Virus record (IMG/VR): IMGVR_UViG_3300029520_000002
Length of the DNA: 64,000 nt
Source: a virus
Direction: 5' to 3' (one strand)
In this document: positions 34,968 to 43,562 of the stretch, one piece after another
How the letters are laid out: each line of letters starts with the position of its first letter
Numbering within the stretch: the first letter of the stretch is position 1
Notes under the pieces: generated by a model
What the model was told of the DNA's origin: nothing
Databases searched by the model: none
The model's input: only the letters and a program-made list of their open reading frames with translations
Translations under genes and position numbers: made by a program

Positions 34968-35207
34968 AAAATGCTTATTTGTGGCGGCGTAACGACAATC
35001 GAGGGGTTAACAGCCCCACCGCCGAAGCTGTTAAGATATTAATAGCACAGGTTTTTAATTTTTGTCAAGGAAAATGTTTTTTTATTTTTGGCTTGACTTT
35101 CTGGAAAACTTACAGTAACGTTATTATCAACGACGGTCGCGGGAACTCATGGAGGGGTAGTTATTGCAAAATCGTTTGTACCTGAACAGAATAAAGTAGC
35201 AGTTAAC

Positions 35208-35252
35208 AAGCCAGATCAGCCAGGTATTGAAGTCCGGTAAGGTCTGGCTTTT
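35208..35252 (+). terminator. putative intrinsic terminator (possible 3' end of a small RNA)
   Basis: AAGCCAGA (35208-35215) pairs with TCTGGCTT (35243-35250), followed by Ts. The 27-nt loop is itself structured. Confidence 0.45.
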
Positions 35253-35455
35253 ATTATGTTTAAATATATTATATATAATATATCTTTTACCCCTCCATAG
35301 ATTCTTAAGACTAGAGTTTATTAAAAGATATGCTATACAGTACCGTATAATAATATATATAATATAAATATAAATGAAGATTATAATATAATATCACAAA
35401 TATTATTTATTAATTACTGACAAAATAAAGGGTTTTATTTTATGCAAAATTAAAT

Positions 35456-35485
35456 TTGACAAGATATTAAAAACTGTGTTAAGGT
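35456..35485 (+). promoter_or_regulatory. candidate promoter for the packaging/late operon
   Basis: TTGACA (35456-35461), 18-nt spacer, TGtTAAGGT extended -10-like. Follows an extremely AT-rich tract. Confidence 0.4.
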
Positions 35486-35526
35486 ATCAGCAACAAAGAA
35501 AACAGAATATTTTATTTTAAGTTTTA

Positions 35527-35593
35527 GAGAATGTACCCGAACACCCGGAAGTTTTCCGGGAATAAGCTTTACCTGGTGACATTCTCTTTTTTT
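35527..35593 (+). terminator. leader terminator-like structure upstream of terS
   Basis: GAGAATGT (35527-35534) pairs with ACATTCTC (35579-35586), followed by T7. It encloses CCCGG-aagtttt-CCGGG and lies 35 nt before the terS ATG. Confidence 0.55.
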
Positions 35594-35628
35594 ATTTGTG
35601 AATTAACGTGTTAAAGTGAGGTGATAAC

Positions 35629-36219
35629 ATGAAAGATAATACAGTAAATGTACAAGACGTAGATATCTATTTAGATAATATTAATATATATGCTGATGAA
35701 TATATAAATACTGTATTATGTATATCACCAGATAACGAAAACTATAAGAAAGAAGTATCAGACAGCTTTGTAGATATGATTTTTTATATTGCAGATCATA
35801 TACAAAAGCCAAGTAATGACAATATAGAGCTATTAGATAAAATGTTTAATACTTATGTGAGATTATGCAGTAAATATCATGTATTACCAACACTAGAAGT
35901 ATTTAGCTTTTTAGTTGGGATTAATCGTACAACGTTTACTGACTGGATGAATGGAGTGTATAGAATAAACTCGTCACATGGTGACACGGCTAAAAAATGG
36001 TTTGATATTTGTAAAAACTGCGCGATCAATAGATTGCATAATCAGACCGGAACAAATGCGAATTTGATATTTGTTGCAAAAGCCGCATACGGCATGGCAG
36101 AAACTGCACCGGTGCAAGCTACACAACAGTATGGCGTACCACAGCAGACCGCGCAACAGATCGCAGAGAAACACAAAGCAGCTTTGCAGCTTCCAGAGAT
36201 GGAAAAGCCGGAGCTTTAA
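35629..36219 (+). CDS. terminase small subunit
   Basis: PTLEVFSFLVGINRTTFTDWMNG...NLIFVAKAAYGMAE fits the TerS HTH-plus-oligomerisation pattern as I recall it. SD GTGAGGTGA. Confidence 0.6.
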   Translation: MKDNTVNVQDVDIYLDNINIYADEYINTVLCISPDNENYKKEVSDSFVDMIFYIADHIQKPSNDNIELLDKMFNTYVRLCSKYHVLPTLEVFSFLVGINRTTFTDWMNGVYRINSSHGDTAKKWFDICKNCAINRLHNQTGTNANLIFVAKAAYGMAETAPVQATQQYGVPQQTAQQIAEKHKAALQLPEMEKPEL

Positions 36220-36541
36220 AGCCTTGGAGAGTACAGAATCGGTAAAAATGTACATGAGTGACGGACAAAAGGCAGTAAACGCATGAAACCATACAATATG
36301 CACAATAATGACGATTATATTTGTACATGATGTATAGATTTTTAAAGGCATCTATAGAAAAAACAAGTGTTTATCAAACAGACTGAATATTCTGATAATA
36401 TAAGACGCTGGGCGGTTCAGCAGGACGCCCCGGGAGGGGTATATATAAAAGCCATCCAGGGCGTAGTCAGTTGCCCGAGTTTCTGAGAAAACAAAAAAAG
36501 ACTCTTTCACCATAGAGAAGCAATACTTAACGGAGCATGAT

Positions 36542-37087
36542 ATGAGAAAATGGTTGAGTCAAGAAGAAAAACAGAATATTGGTACTGTCTGTTGCAATTG
36601 TGGCGCAACAGAAGATATTGAATATCATCATATTGTGCCGCTTTTATTAGGCGGTAATGATGTTGAGAGTAATATTGTTCCTTTATGCTATAAATGCCAT
36701 AAAGCAGCTCATATGGGACAACACATTAACCATTACAGAAACAATAGCCGTGGCGGAAGACATTCAAAATCAAGTATTGAAAAGAATGCTCATGTATTCG
36801 ATCAATACATCAATGGAGAAATCGGATGCAGAAAAGCACAACAATTACTTGGATATTCTAATAGAACAACAATAGTTGGGCTTCCAGTTTTTAAACGCTA
36901 CATTCAGTCTATTGGGATTAAAAGTGTCAGAAATATTGTTGACGTAACAGCTACAAATAGTGTGGATGGGCTTTCTGATGGCTCATATGTTGGTGAAATA
37001 ATTTACCTAGACGGGAGAAAAGAAAACATCTACTACAAAGACACTGGCGCAAATGATATTGAGTATGTAAAACGCCAATGTTCATAG
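36542..37087 (+). CDS. HNH endonuclease
   Basis: CCNCGATEDIEYHHIVPLLLGGNDVESNIVPLCYKCHKAAH. Confidence 0.85.
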   Translation: MRKWLSQEEKQNIGTVCCNCGATEDIEYHHIVPLLLGGNDVESNIVPLCYKCHKAAHMGQHINHYRNNSRGGRHSKSSIEKNAHVFDQYINGEIGCRKAQQLLGYSNRTTIVGLPVFKRYIQSIGIKSVRNIVDVTATNSVDGLSDGSYVGEIIYLDGRKENIYYKDTGANDIEYVKRQCS

Positions 37088-37102
37088 AAAAGGAGACAGA
37101 AC

Positions 37103-37273
37103 ATGGGAAAATCAGAAAGAAAAGAACCAATTCAATCCGAATCCATCCGCATCCGATTTTCCGAAAAACAGAAAAAAAGGCTCCTGGAAGAGAAGAACCG
37201 AACAGGCAGGAGCGTATCGGATATTGTGAGACAGGCAGTTGATGAATATTTCGGGAGGAAAAGACGTGCTTAA
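37103..37273 (+). CDS. ribbon-helix-helix (CopG/Arc-like) protein
   Basis: SIRIRFSEKQKKRLLEEKNRTGRSVSDIVRQAVDEYF. SD AAAGGAGA. Confidence 0.6.
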   Translation: MGKSERKEPIQSESIRIRFSEKQKKRLLEEKNRTGRSVSDIVRQAVDEYFGRKRRA

Positions 37274-37667
37274 ATTTTTCTCAAAAAATAAAAAAGGTGT
37301 TTCGGAAACAAACCAAGCATATGAAAATGTTGGACAGGAATCCCCGGAAATTCGGAAACTGGTGAAGCCAATTCACGCAAAAGCAATATTAGCTGATGGA
37401 AGATTGTATGATACTCAAACTGCCACATATGTTTGCGAATACGGGAATCTTTCTTTGTTTGTTACAAAGAATGGCAGATGGTTTGGTGCAAAATCAAAAT
37501 CTGAATTAGCTGGTTATAGTGTTGATGAAAACGGAGACAGAACCGCCGAGTACAGAGTAATGTATTATGGTCTGAAATGTATTGATAAATTTTTTGTGAT
37601 GCAACATCTGTGGTATTACAACAATAAGCTTTACAAGAAATATTTCGGGGAGGTAGAAGAAGGGTGA
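37266..37667 (+). CDS. hypothetical protein
   Basis: GTG start after GGAGGAAAA, within ORF 37239-37667. Confidence 0.5.
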   Translation: MLKFFSKNKKGVSETNQAYENVGQESPEIRKLVKPIHAKAILADGRLYDTQTATYVCEYGNLSLFVTKNGRWFGAKSKSELAGYSVDENGDRTAEYRVMYYGLKCIDKFFVMQHLWYYNNKLYKKYFGEVEEG

Positions 37668-38032
37668 CAGATTACACCTTCTACAAAGATAAAGAAGACG
37701 TCGCTCCAGAAGGGACGGTTAGGGAAAAATACGGGGAATGCTTTTTGAAAGTAGGTGGAAAATGGAAACAGGTGATTGGTTCAGAAGGCAAAAATCTTTT
37801 GCAATCTCCTACAGATGTAGCTCCCATGATTATTAACGCGACTATAACATATGAGCCGCCAAAGCCATTTTCACCATTATCCCCATTATTGAAACGTGAG
37901 CCATGTGTAGTTCCAAGATACAGCATATATGAGCTTGAAGAAATCGCAAAACACATTCTTTTGTATTGTAAATTTCGAAGAAAGGGGTACGAAGATGCCG
38001 ATAGTGAAGATCACAAACCCCAACCCCTATGA
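37664..38032 (+). CDS. hypothetical protein
   Basis: 122 aa, GTG start, overlaps the upstream stop. Confidence 0.5.
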   Translation: MTDYTFYKDKEDVAPEGTVREKYGECFLKVGGKWKQVIGSEGKNLLQSPTDVAPMIINATITYEPPKPFSPLSPLLKREPCVVPRYSIYELEEIAKHILLYCKFRRKGYEDADSEDHKPQPL

Positions 38033-38393
38033 TTGGCTCGGCACAAAATATTTCATTGATGGAAATGAAGTTCCGAGAGTAAGATCAATAAATTTTCATA
38101 CAGCAGTAGATGAAATTCCGGTATTTGAGTTTGAAATGATGGCTGTTCCAGACATTGAGATAGACTGCCTTGCACAAATTAGTGTCACTTCTCAATCAAT
38201 TGCTGATGCAATTTTGGTTTTAAGGCACGAATTACTACAACATGGAGAAATTTACGATGGCTTCAAATCAAGCCTAAAATCGGCTTTAGAATCCTACAAT
38301 TACTGTGGAATGCCATTTGAGCCAGAAGAAGAGATTGCAGGAAAGATTTTGGATTTCCTGATAGGGGAGGAAAAATCAGATGAACGCACTTGA
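37995..38393 (+). CDS. hypothetical protein
   Basis: ATG after GAAAGGGG. 132 aa. Confidence 0.55.
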   Translation: MPIVKITNPNPYDWLGTKYFIDGNEVPRVRSINFHTAVDEIPVFEFEMMAVPDIEIDCLAQISVTSQSIADAILVLRHELLQHGEIYDGFKSSLKSALESYNYCGMPFEPEEEIAGKILDFLIGEEKSDERT

Positions 38394-38550
38394 ACTAATC
38401 GGAATTGCTGCAAACATTATGTTTTTCGTGATTATTATTGCTGGCGTTCTGGCAATGATGGATGAAAGAAAGATAAATCTTTTACAAGCGTTCTTCTACC
38501 TTCTGATGGAAATTGTATTTGCACTGAATATTTTCTTGATTATGAGGTGA
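38380..38550 (+). CDS. small membrane protein (56 aa)
   Basis: SD GGGGAGGAAAA. Two hydrophobic helices. Confidence 0.45.
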   Translation: MNALELIGIAANIMFFVIIIAGVLAMMDERKINLLQAFFYLLMEIVFALNIFLIMR

Positions 38551-38553
38551 CAT

Positions 38554-38691
38554 ATGTATCTACCGATTCCAATTGGAATTATCCCGATTGAGTTAATCGA
38601 ACGGGTTAAATTCATAAAAAAATCACTTCGACTTAATCCGCGCAGGTTAGGAAAAGCCTACGAAAGCGAAAAGTCGATGCATCCAGAGTAG
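38554..38691 (+). CDS. small protein (45 aa)
   Basis: ATG after GAGGTGA. Confidence 0.3.
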   Translation: MYLPIPIGIIPIELIERVKFIKKSLRLNPRRLGKAYESEKSMHPE

Positions 38692-38781
38692 CAAATAAGA
38701 ATTTAAGAAAATTTTATAGGTTAAAATGCTGGATGTTATATATCACGCCCCCTGGTTTGATGGTGCACCAGGGGGAATCAA

Positions 38782-38854
38782 TGGGCTATCGCCAAACGGT
38801 TAAGGCATAGGATTTTGGCTCCTTTATTTGTCGGTTCGAATCCGACTAGCCCCG
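38782..38854 (+). tRNA. tRNA-Gln (anticodon UUG)
   Basis: Hand-folded cloverleaf of 73 nt. Acceptor TGGGCTA/TAGCCCC (1-72 is a T-C mismatch). D arm GCC/GGC. Anticodon arm TAGGA-TTTTGGC-TCCTT. T arm GTCGG-TTCGAAT-CCGAC. Resembles Bacillus tRNA-Gln. No encoded CCA. Confidence 0.8.
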
Positions 38855-38857
38855 TTC

Positions 38858-38888
38858 GCAGCATCACCTTGCTGCAAGTTCTTTTTTT
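38858..38888 (+). terminator. hairpin plus T-run after tRNA-Gln
   Basis: GCAGCA-tcacct-TGCTGC, then aagttcTTTTTTT. Confidence 0.5.
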
Positions 38889-39060
38889 CATACTTTCACC
38901 TCCGGTCTTCTAGCCCAACGGGGCTGATTAAAGGGGCTTCAAATATCCCGGAAGGCTTATCTGAAGTATCAGGAGTATTTCAGAAAACCTTTGTTATAGT
39001 TGGTGGTTAAGAACTGTAACAGTGCCAGTTTGGTTACCAGTATTGCCAACTGGTATCTCA

Positions 39061-39133
39061 GGAAGCTTAGTTCAGCGGTAAGAGCAACGGCCTCATAAGC
39101 CGTAAGTCCTGGGTTCAAATCCCAGAGCTTCCA
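39061..39133 (+). tRNA. tRNA-Met/Ile2-type (anticodon CAU), elongator-like
   Basis: Acceptor GGAAGCT/AGCTTCC. D arm GTTC/GAGC. Anticodon arm ACGGC-CTCATAA-GCCGT. T arm CTGGG-TTCAAAT-CCCAG. The G1-C72 pair argues against an initiator. Confidence 0.85.
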
Positions 39134-40057
39134 TTTCTCCTAAATGCCATTCATCCGTAATATGGGTGGAAAAAACTTCCGGTTGAGCGTGTGGATCAGG
39201 TAAATTATAGGTGCGATACGGCGCAGCCTAAATGGATCTGGTTTCCCAGCTGGAATGCATCTTGGAGTTAAAGAAATCAGCGCAGCGCACGCTGATTAAA
39301 GGAGTTTTCAAAAGATGCGAACCATAAGCCATTAAAGTTGTGCATAAAAATACTCGTGGAGCATACCACGGTTATCAAAAAGCCGCCAGGGTTGCCAGTA
39401 AGCGTACCGCAAATAAAGAAAACTGGATAGTGGAAAGCATAACACGATAAACCTATTGCTAACCCGGTTTTTCCGGGTTATTCGGAAAGTGCAAGTAACT
39501 GGGAACGGCCTGGTCGTAGACTAGGTCTTAATGGTTCGAATCCATTCTTTCCGTTCCGTATAGTGGCGAAATATGTAGACGCTATTGTGGTAGCATAGGT
39601 TTCAACCCACAACTTAGGTGACCTAAGTCGACAGCATGATAGGTGTAAATCCTATCCTATACGGACGTTTGGCGTGTTGAGTGATAACACACCTGATTGA
39701 AAAGTGGCGGAACTATTGACGGTGATGAATCCGATACAATAGAAAGGCAGACGCAGAGGATAGTACATCATAATGGGTGAGTATGTGTCTTAGGACATGG
39801 GATGTACATAGAAGTTCAAATCTTCTCTTTTCAATTCTATCTACCAAGTGTAGATTGGAAATCTGACTTTAGCATAGCTATTGTTAGTTCTCGCACATAA
39901 ATGAGGATTTGTTTGTGTGCGTTCGTGCAGGCATATAGACGCAACTCACTAGCGATCTTGTGCAAAAACTTTTTAGAGAGATAAGACCAATGCCCGTGAG
40001 GAGTGATAGTCGGGGATTCTAAAAAAATCATCTTGTTTAGCGTTTGAGGATGAAAAA
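39134..40057 (+). ncRNA. candidate large structured non-coding RNA region between tRNA genes
   Basis: About 0.92 kb without a credible ORF. Many local hairpins, e.g. AATCAGCG-cagcgca-CGCTGATT at 39283-39305 and AACCCGG-tttttc-CGGGTT near 39461. Three T-arm-like modules. Confidence 0.4.
39483..39554 (+). tRNA. tRNA-like element, identity unresolved (possible pseudo-tRNA)
   Basis: Perfect 7-bp acceptor CGGAAAG/CTTTCCG and canonical T arm AATGG-TTCGAAT-CCATT. The anticodon arm CCTGG-TCGTAGA-CTAGG has C at position 33, and the D stem does not pair. Confidence 0.3.
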
Positions 40058-40129
40058 AGAAACATAGCTCAGTGGTAGAGCAATGATATCCAATATCATG
40101 TGACACAGGTTCGATTCCTGTTGTTTCTA
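40058..40129 (+). tRNA. tRNA-Trp (anticodon CCA)
   Basis: Acceptor AGAAACA/TGTTTCT. D arm GCTC/GAGC. Anticodon arm ATGAT-ATCCAAT-ATCAT. T arm ACAGG-TTCGATT-CCTGT. Confidence 0.85.
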
Positions 40130-40278
40130 TCTGGCAAATTGCCATTGCCAGAAGTTGTTTTTCCCCTGAAAGGTTCCAGTGTTTCTCGTTGGGAGATTTA
40201 TGCCGTTCAAGTCGGCACACTGGATTTTTGAATTTGAAGCGTTTGAACAATACTCTTTATTTCGGGAGGGCGTAGACG

Positions 40279-40590
40279 ATGACAGGACAAGAAATTGAAA
40301 AAATGCAAAAGGATTTATCTGATTACAAAAATGTGTTTTCAGAGTTAGAAAAAAGGTGCAGTCAAGAGGCACTAGAATACTGGGGACGCCATTTGTGGTA
40401 TGGGCTTACTATTCAGTCAAACACAGAAGCATTATCCCCAAAAGATGATGAACCGCCTACAGAGCCGATAAAATTAGCTGACTGGCTGATAGACAGAGGG
40501 TTAAAGGGAGGAATCCGATTGTATGGGAAAAGCGACCTTAGAAAGCTTGCGAATTATCTACTGATTTACTGTGGTGATGAGAATGATTGA
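40279..40590 (+). CDS. hypothetical protein
   Basis: 103 aa with SD GGGAGGG. Confidence 0.6.
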   Translation: MTGQEIEKMQKDLSDYKNVFSELEKRCSQEALEYWGRHLWYGLTIQSNTEALSPKDDEPPTEPIKLADWLIDRGLKGGIRLYGKSDLRKLANYLLIYCGDEND

Positions 40591-40759
40591 AGTATGTGGG
40601 AAAGAAATTAAAGACGAATGCTCCCGTTGCGGACAGATTCTTGAATGTGAATTGTTCTGCCAGGGACACGGCATAAAACAGGAACGTGAAAACATAACTA
40701 AAATGATTGCCTGCCAGATGCGGCACAGGCAGAAAAGGGAGGAATTAGGACATGCTTAG
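40571..40759 (+). CDS. small Cys-rich protein
   Basis: 62-aa ORF (start at 40571 or 40583). CGKEIKDECSRCG. Confidence 0.3.
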   Translation: MVMRMIEVCGKEIKDECSRCGQILECELFCQGHGIKQERENITKMIACQMRHRQKREELGHA

Positions 40760-40919
40760 AATTATCAGTGAAGGAAATTTAAAATTATCAAACTGTGAGA
40801 AATGCGGCGCTATTTTGATTTACGATGAAAAAGAAATAAAGCAAGAAAAAAATACAGGGCGAAATTATGTTTCCTGCGAAAATTGCAAAAACAAAATTAT
40901 TCTACACACAGTTCGATAG
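40752..40919 (+). CDS. small zinc-ribbon protein (55 aa)
   Basis: SD GGGAGGAA. CEKCGA...CENCKN. Confidence 0.45.
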   Translation: MLRIISEGNLKLSNCEKCGAILIYDEKEIKQEKNTGRNYVSCENCKNKIILHTVR

Positions 40920-40935
40920 TTCGGAGGTATTGAGA

Positions 40936-41277
40936 ATGAAATATGCAGACATGGCAGACTGGACGGAAGAGCAGCTGAAGAAAGAAGTTGTTCGCCTGTC
41001 CAAAGAGTGTGAGAAAAAGAAAAATACAATATCGGATTTGAAAGATAAACTTGATTCAGCCAATGCTCATATTATGGCGCTTACAAATGAAATGGATACT
41101 AAGAGAGCTTTAGTTGCATATATGGGCGTTGAGAATATACAAAATGATTCTTTCAAGGACGTTGATTATGAGAAACGCCACCAGGATGACTGCATCAGAA
41201 TCAACGAGTTAACTGTTACTGTTGACACATTGGTTGACCGATACGCTAATTTAAGGAAAAACAAAGGAATGTGCTGA
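40936..41277 (+). CDS. coiled-coil hypothetical protein
   Basis: ATG after GGAGGT. 113 aa. Confidence 0.55.
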   Translation: MKYADMADWTEEQLKKEVVRLSKECEKKKNTISDLKDKLDSANAHIMALTNEMDTKRALVAYMGVENIQNDSFKDVDYEKRHQDDCIRINELTVTVDTLVDRYANLRKNKGMC

Positions 41278-41278
41278 T

Positions 41279-41578
41279 ATGGGCGAGAAAGACGAATTAA
41301 AGCATTTCTTTACATGTAATGGTAAAGTGATTGAAGAAATACCAGAGATTTCAATTTCGGATGGTGTTGTTATCGAAGGTGGCATTCTTCACAAAAATGA
41401 GGACGGCACACTTTGTAGTATAGGCAAGCCATTAAGTATTGAATTTGAATGTAAATTCAGTGATGAACTGTTTTGGACACTGCTTTCCCAAAACCGAATA
41501 AAGCAAAATAATTTCCGTAAAATGCACGGTATTCCGAAACGGAGGAAAATTAATGGTACCAGGAAACGCAGATTATGA
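41279..41578 (+). CDS. hypothetical protein
   Basis: 99-aa ORF. Confidence 0.5.
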   Translation: MGEKDELKHFFTCNGKVIEEIPEISISDGVVIEGGILHKNEDGTLCSIGKPLSIEFECKFSDELFWTLLSQNRIKQNNFRKMHGIPKRRKINGTRKRRL

Positions 41579-41804
41579 CCTTGACGGAGCTTTATTGCGT
41601 GATGAAGCCGTATATCTAAAGAAACTACATTCAGAGTATCTAGTATGCGATGATTTAAAGATTGGAAATATTGAACCAATATCAAAAGAAGTGTTGAACA
41701 ATATAGAAATCACACAAAACAAAAAGATTGTTTACGGAACTTTTGGAACATTTTCCATTAATGATTTGCCAAAGCAATTGAGGGAGAAAATTAATGAGCA
41801 TTAA
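41553..41804 (+). CDS. hypothetical protein
   Basis: 83 aa with SD GGAGGAAAA. Confidence 0.5.
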   Translation: MVPGNADYDLDGALLRDEAVYLKKLHSEYLVCDDLKIGNIEPISKEVLNNIEITQNKKIVYGTFGTFSINDLPKQLREKINEH

Positions 41805-42027
41805 ATCAGCATTAGAATCCGAAGGGATAGATTTTTCTGAATACATGAACCCACCCGAGCCGTGGAATGGACAAGCATTGATACGGAATATTAACGGAAC
41901 GAAATACGCCTGTTGTCCTTTTTGCCAGAAGAAAGCACTTCTGATTAGCCCAAACACAAAGATTCAGCACTTAAAGCTGAAATGCAAGGGTAGCAACTGC
42001 AAGAAAGAGTTCGAGGTGAATGTATGA
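41794..42027 (+). CDS. Com/KTR-like Cys-rich zinc-ribbon protein
   Basis: CCPFCQKKALLISPNTKIQHLKLKCKGSNCKKEFEV. SD GAGGGAGAAAA. Confidence 0.45.
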   Translation: MSIKSALESEGIDFSEYMNPPEPWNGQALIRNINGTKYACCPFCQKKALLISPNTKIQHLKLKCKGSNCKKEFEVNV

Positions 42028-42284
42028 GTACTTGTTATGATTGTGCGTGTTCAAAAATTGAAACAGACGGCAGCGATGCGGAAGAACTTCAAAAGACTAA
42101 ACCTATGGAACTGGACGAACTTTCGGGAGAAACCAAGTTTAGAATTTATAAATTAATTGTAAATGAAATTGGAAAGCATTTTTACAATTGCGAGATGCGT
42201 ATGTCATATAAAGACTTTATACTTGTTGAGGATTGCATCAGAAAAGTTTTGCAAGGAGAACAAGATGAACACAAAACAGATTAA
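42024..42284 (+). CDS. hypothetical protein
   Basis: 86 aa with SD GAGGTGA. Confidence 0.5.
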   Translation: MSTCYDCACSKIETDGSDAEELQKTKPMELDELSGETKFRIYKLIVNEIGKHFYNCEMRMSYKDFILVEDCIRKVLQGEQDEHKTD

Positions 42285-42441
42285 ATGTATTTTGACAGGT
42301 GGATGTAAGTTCAAAAGTTCTGATACAGAATCTAAATGTAATGACAAAGAAAAGACTTGCACTATTACAGAAACTTGCTACAAATGTAGGAAGAAGTACG
42401 CTGCCATATTTACTTACAAACAGTTAGGGATTCCGGATTGA
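42265..42441 (+). CDS. small Cys-rich protein
   Basis: ATG after AAGGAGAA. 58 aa. Confidence 0.4.
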   Translation: MNTKQIKCILTGGCKFKSSDTESKCNDKEKTCTITETCYKCRKKYAAIFTYKQLGIPD

Positions 42442-42450
42442 GGTGAATGT

Positions 42451-43008
42451 ATGAAAGAATTAATCAGCCATGTTCCGATTGAAATTACTGATCTTGGAAT
42501 GGAACTTTATGCTCAAATTGAGATTGAAGAAATTCTTCTCACATCATATCCACCAATCCAAAAAACTATTTTAAAATTCATCACTGATTTCACCGTGCCC
42601 AGATTTGGAGATTATTCGATAAAAATAAAAAATGATGATGCGGTGATAAAATGTTACGTCGAAAACACTTTAGGCACTTTCATTCAGAAAGATGCAGGTG
42701 AAAGAACTGTTGCCGAATGGCATAAGGTTATAACACGTTCAGAAAAGCATGGAAGAGACAATCCGCTGAATTGCCAAATACTTCCACTATCACCTTGCCA
42801 AAATGCAAATAAGATATCTGAATGCGACCATGATTTTGAAAAATGCAAGATATCTAATCCTTATAATTATGATTTTGATGAATTTAAGTCATGCAACACT
42901 AATCAACGTTTCCATCCGTATCATTGTAAGAAGTGTGGGATGCTTATTTTGAAAAGAGTAGTTGATAACGCACGAGGAACAGACAAATTTTTGTGGGAGG
43001 ATAAATAA
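42451..43008 (+). CDS. hypothetical protein with C-terminal zinc-ribbon-like motif
   Basis: 185 aa with SD GAGGTGA. HPYHCKKCG. Confidence 0.55.
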   Translation: MKELISHVPIEITDLGMELYAQIEIEEILLTSYPPIQKTILKFITDFTVPRFGDYSIKIKNDDAVIKCYVENTLGTFIQKDAGERTVAEWHKVITRSEKHGRDNPLNCQILPLSPCQNANKISECDHDFEKCKISNPYNYDFDEFKSCNTNQRFHPYHCKKCGMLILKRVVDNARGTDKFLWEDK

Positions 43009-43011
43009 ATC

Positions 43012-43560
43012 ATGAAAAATGCATGGAAAGTATTATTAATTTCACTTGTAGGAGTTATAGCAATTGCAATATTTGGAATCTTTGGAGTACAGAGTTTCCA
43101 GAATCATGCAATATCATTGGAAGAACAGGTAGAATCAGCATCATCAGACATTAAGATACAGGAGAAACGTAGAGTTGATCTGGTGTACAACCTTGCGGAT
43201 TGTGTGAAACAATATGATAAGCATGAGAGTGAAACATTAAAAGCTATTGTTTCTGGAAGAACTTCTGGTTCAAACGATATTGAGAATGTTACTACTGCAA
43301 TTTCAGCTGTGAGTGAAGCATACCCGGAATTAAAATCTTCTGAGAACTACAAGCAGCTCATGACAGAACTTTCTATGACAGAGAATCTTATTGCAGAATA
43401 CAGAGAGAACTACAACAAGTCAGTCAAATCATATCGCAAATATGTAAAAGCATTTCCTCAGAGATCATTCTTGAATATGCTTGGATATGACAAAAAAGAA
43501 TTTGAATTACTCGATTTTGATGCACCAGAATCAGCACCACAGAATTTATTTGAGGAATAG
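43012..43560 (+). CDS. LemA-family protein
   Basis: N-terminal TM helix plus ...IQEKRRVDLVYNLADCVKQYDKHESETL...AYPELKSSENYKQLMTELSMTENLIAEYRENYN. Confidence 0.8.
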   Translation: MKNAWKVLLISLVGVIAIAIFGIFGVQSFQNHAISLEEQVESASSDIKIQEKRRVDLVYNLADCVKQYDKHESETLKAIVSGRTSGSNDIENVTTAISAVSEAYPELKSSENYKQLMTELSMTENLIAEYRENYNKSVKSYRKYVKAFPQRSFLNMLGYDKKEFELLDFDAPESAPQNLFEE

Positions 43561-43562
43561 CT

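Noticed and set aside
38770-39010. A + ORF at 38828-39010, and a minus-strand ORF with a good SD (GGAGGTGAAAGT-ATG) reading MKKRTCSKVMLRTGLVGFEPTNKG....
   Set aside because: Both overlap tRNA-Gln. The ...VGFEPT... peptide is the familiar antisense-tRNA translation artefact.
39589-39836. Two further tRNA candidates with T-arm-like hairpins and matching acceptor-like ends (106 and 137 nt long).
   Set aside because: They are too long for class I or II tRNAs. No 7-nt anticodon loop could be folded and the D arms are ambiguous. They are kept only as part of the large structured-region finding.
39837-40372. Minus-strand ORFs 39837-40250 and 40127-40372.
   Set aside because: They run antisense through tRNA-Trp and the structured non-coding region. 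They have no SD, and their composition is typical of shadow ORFs.
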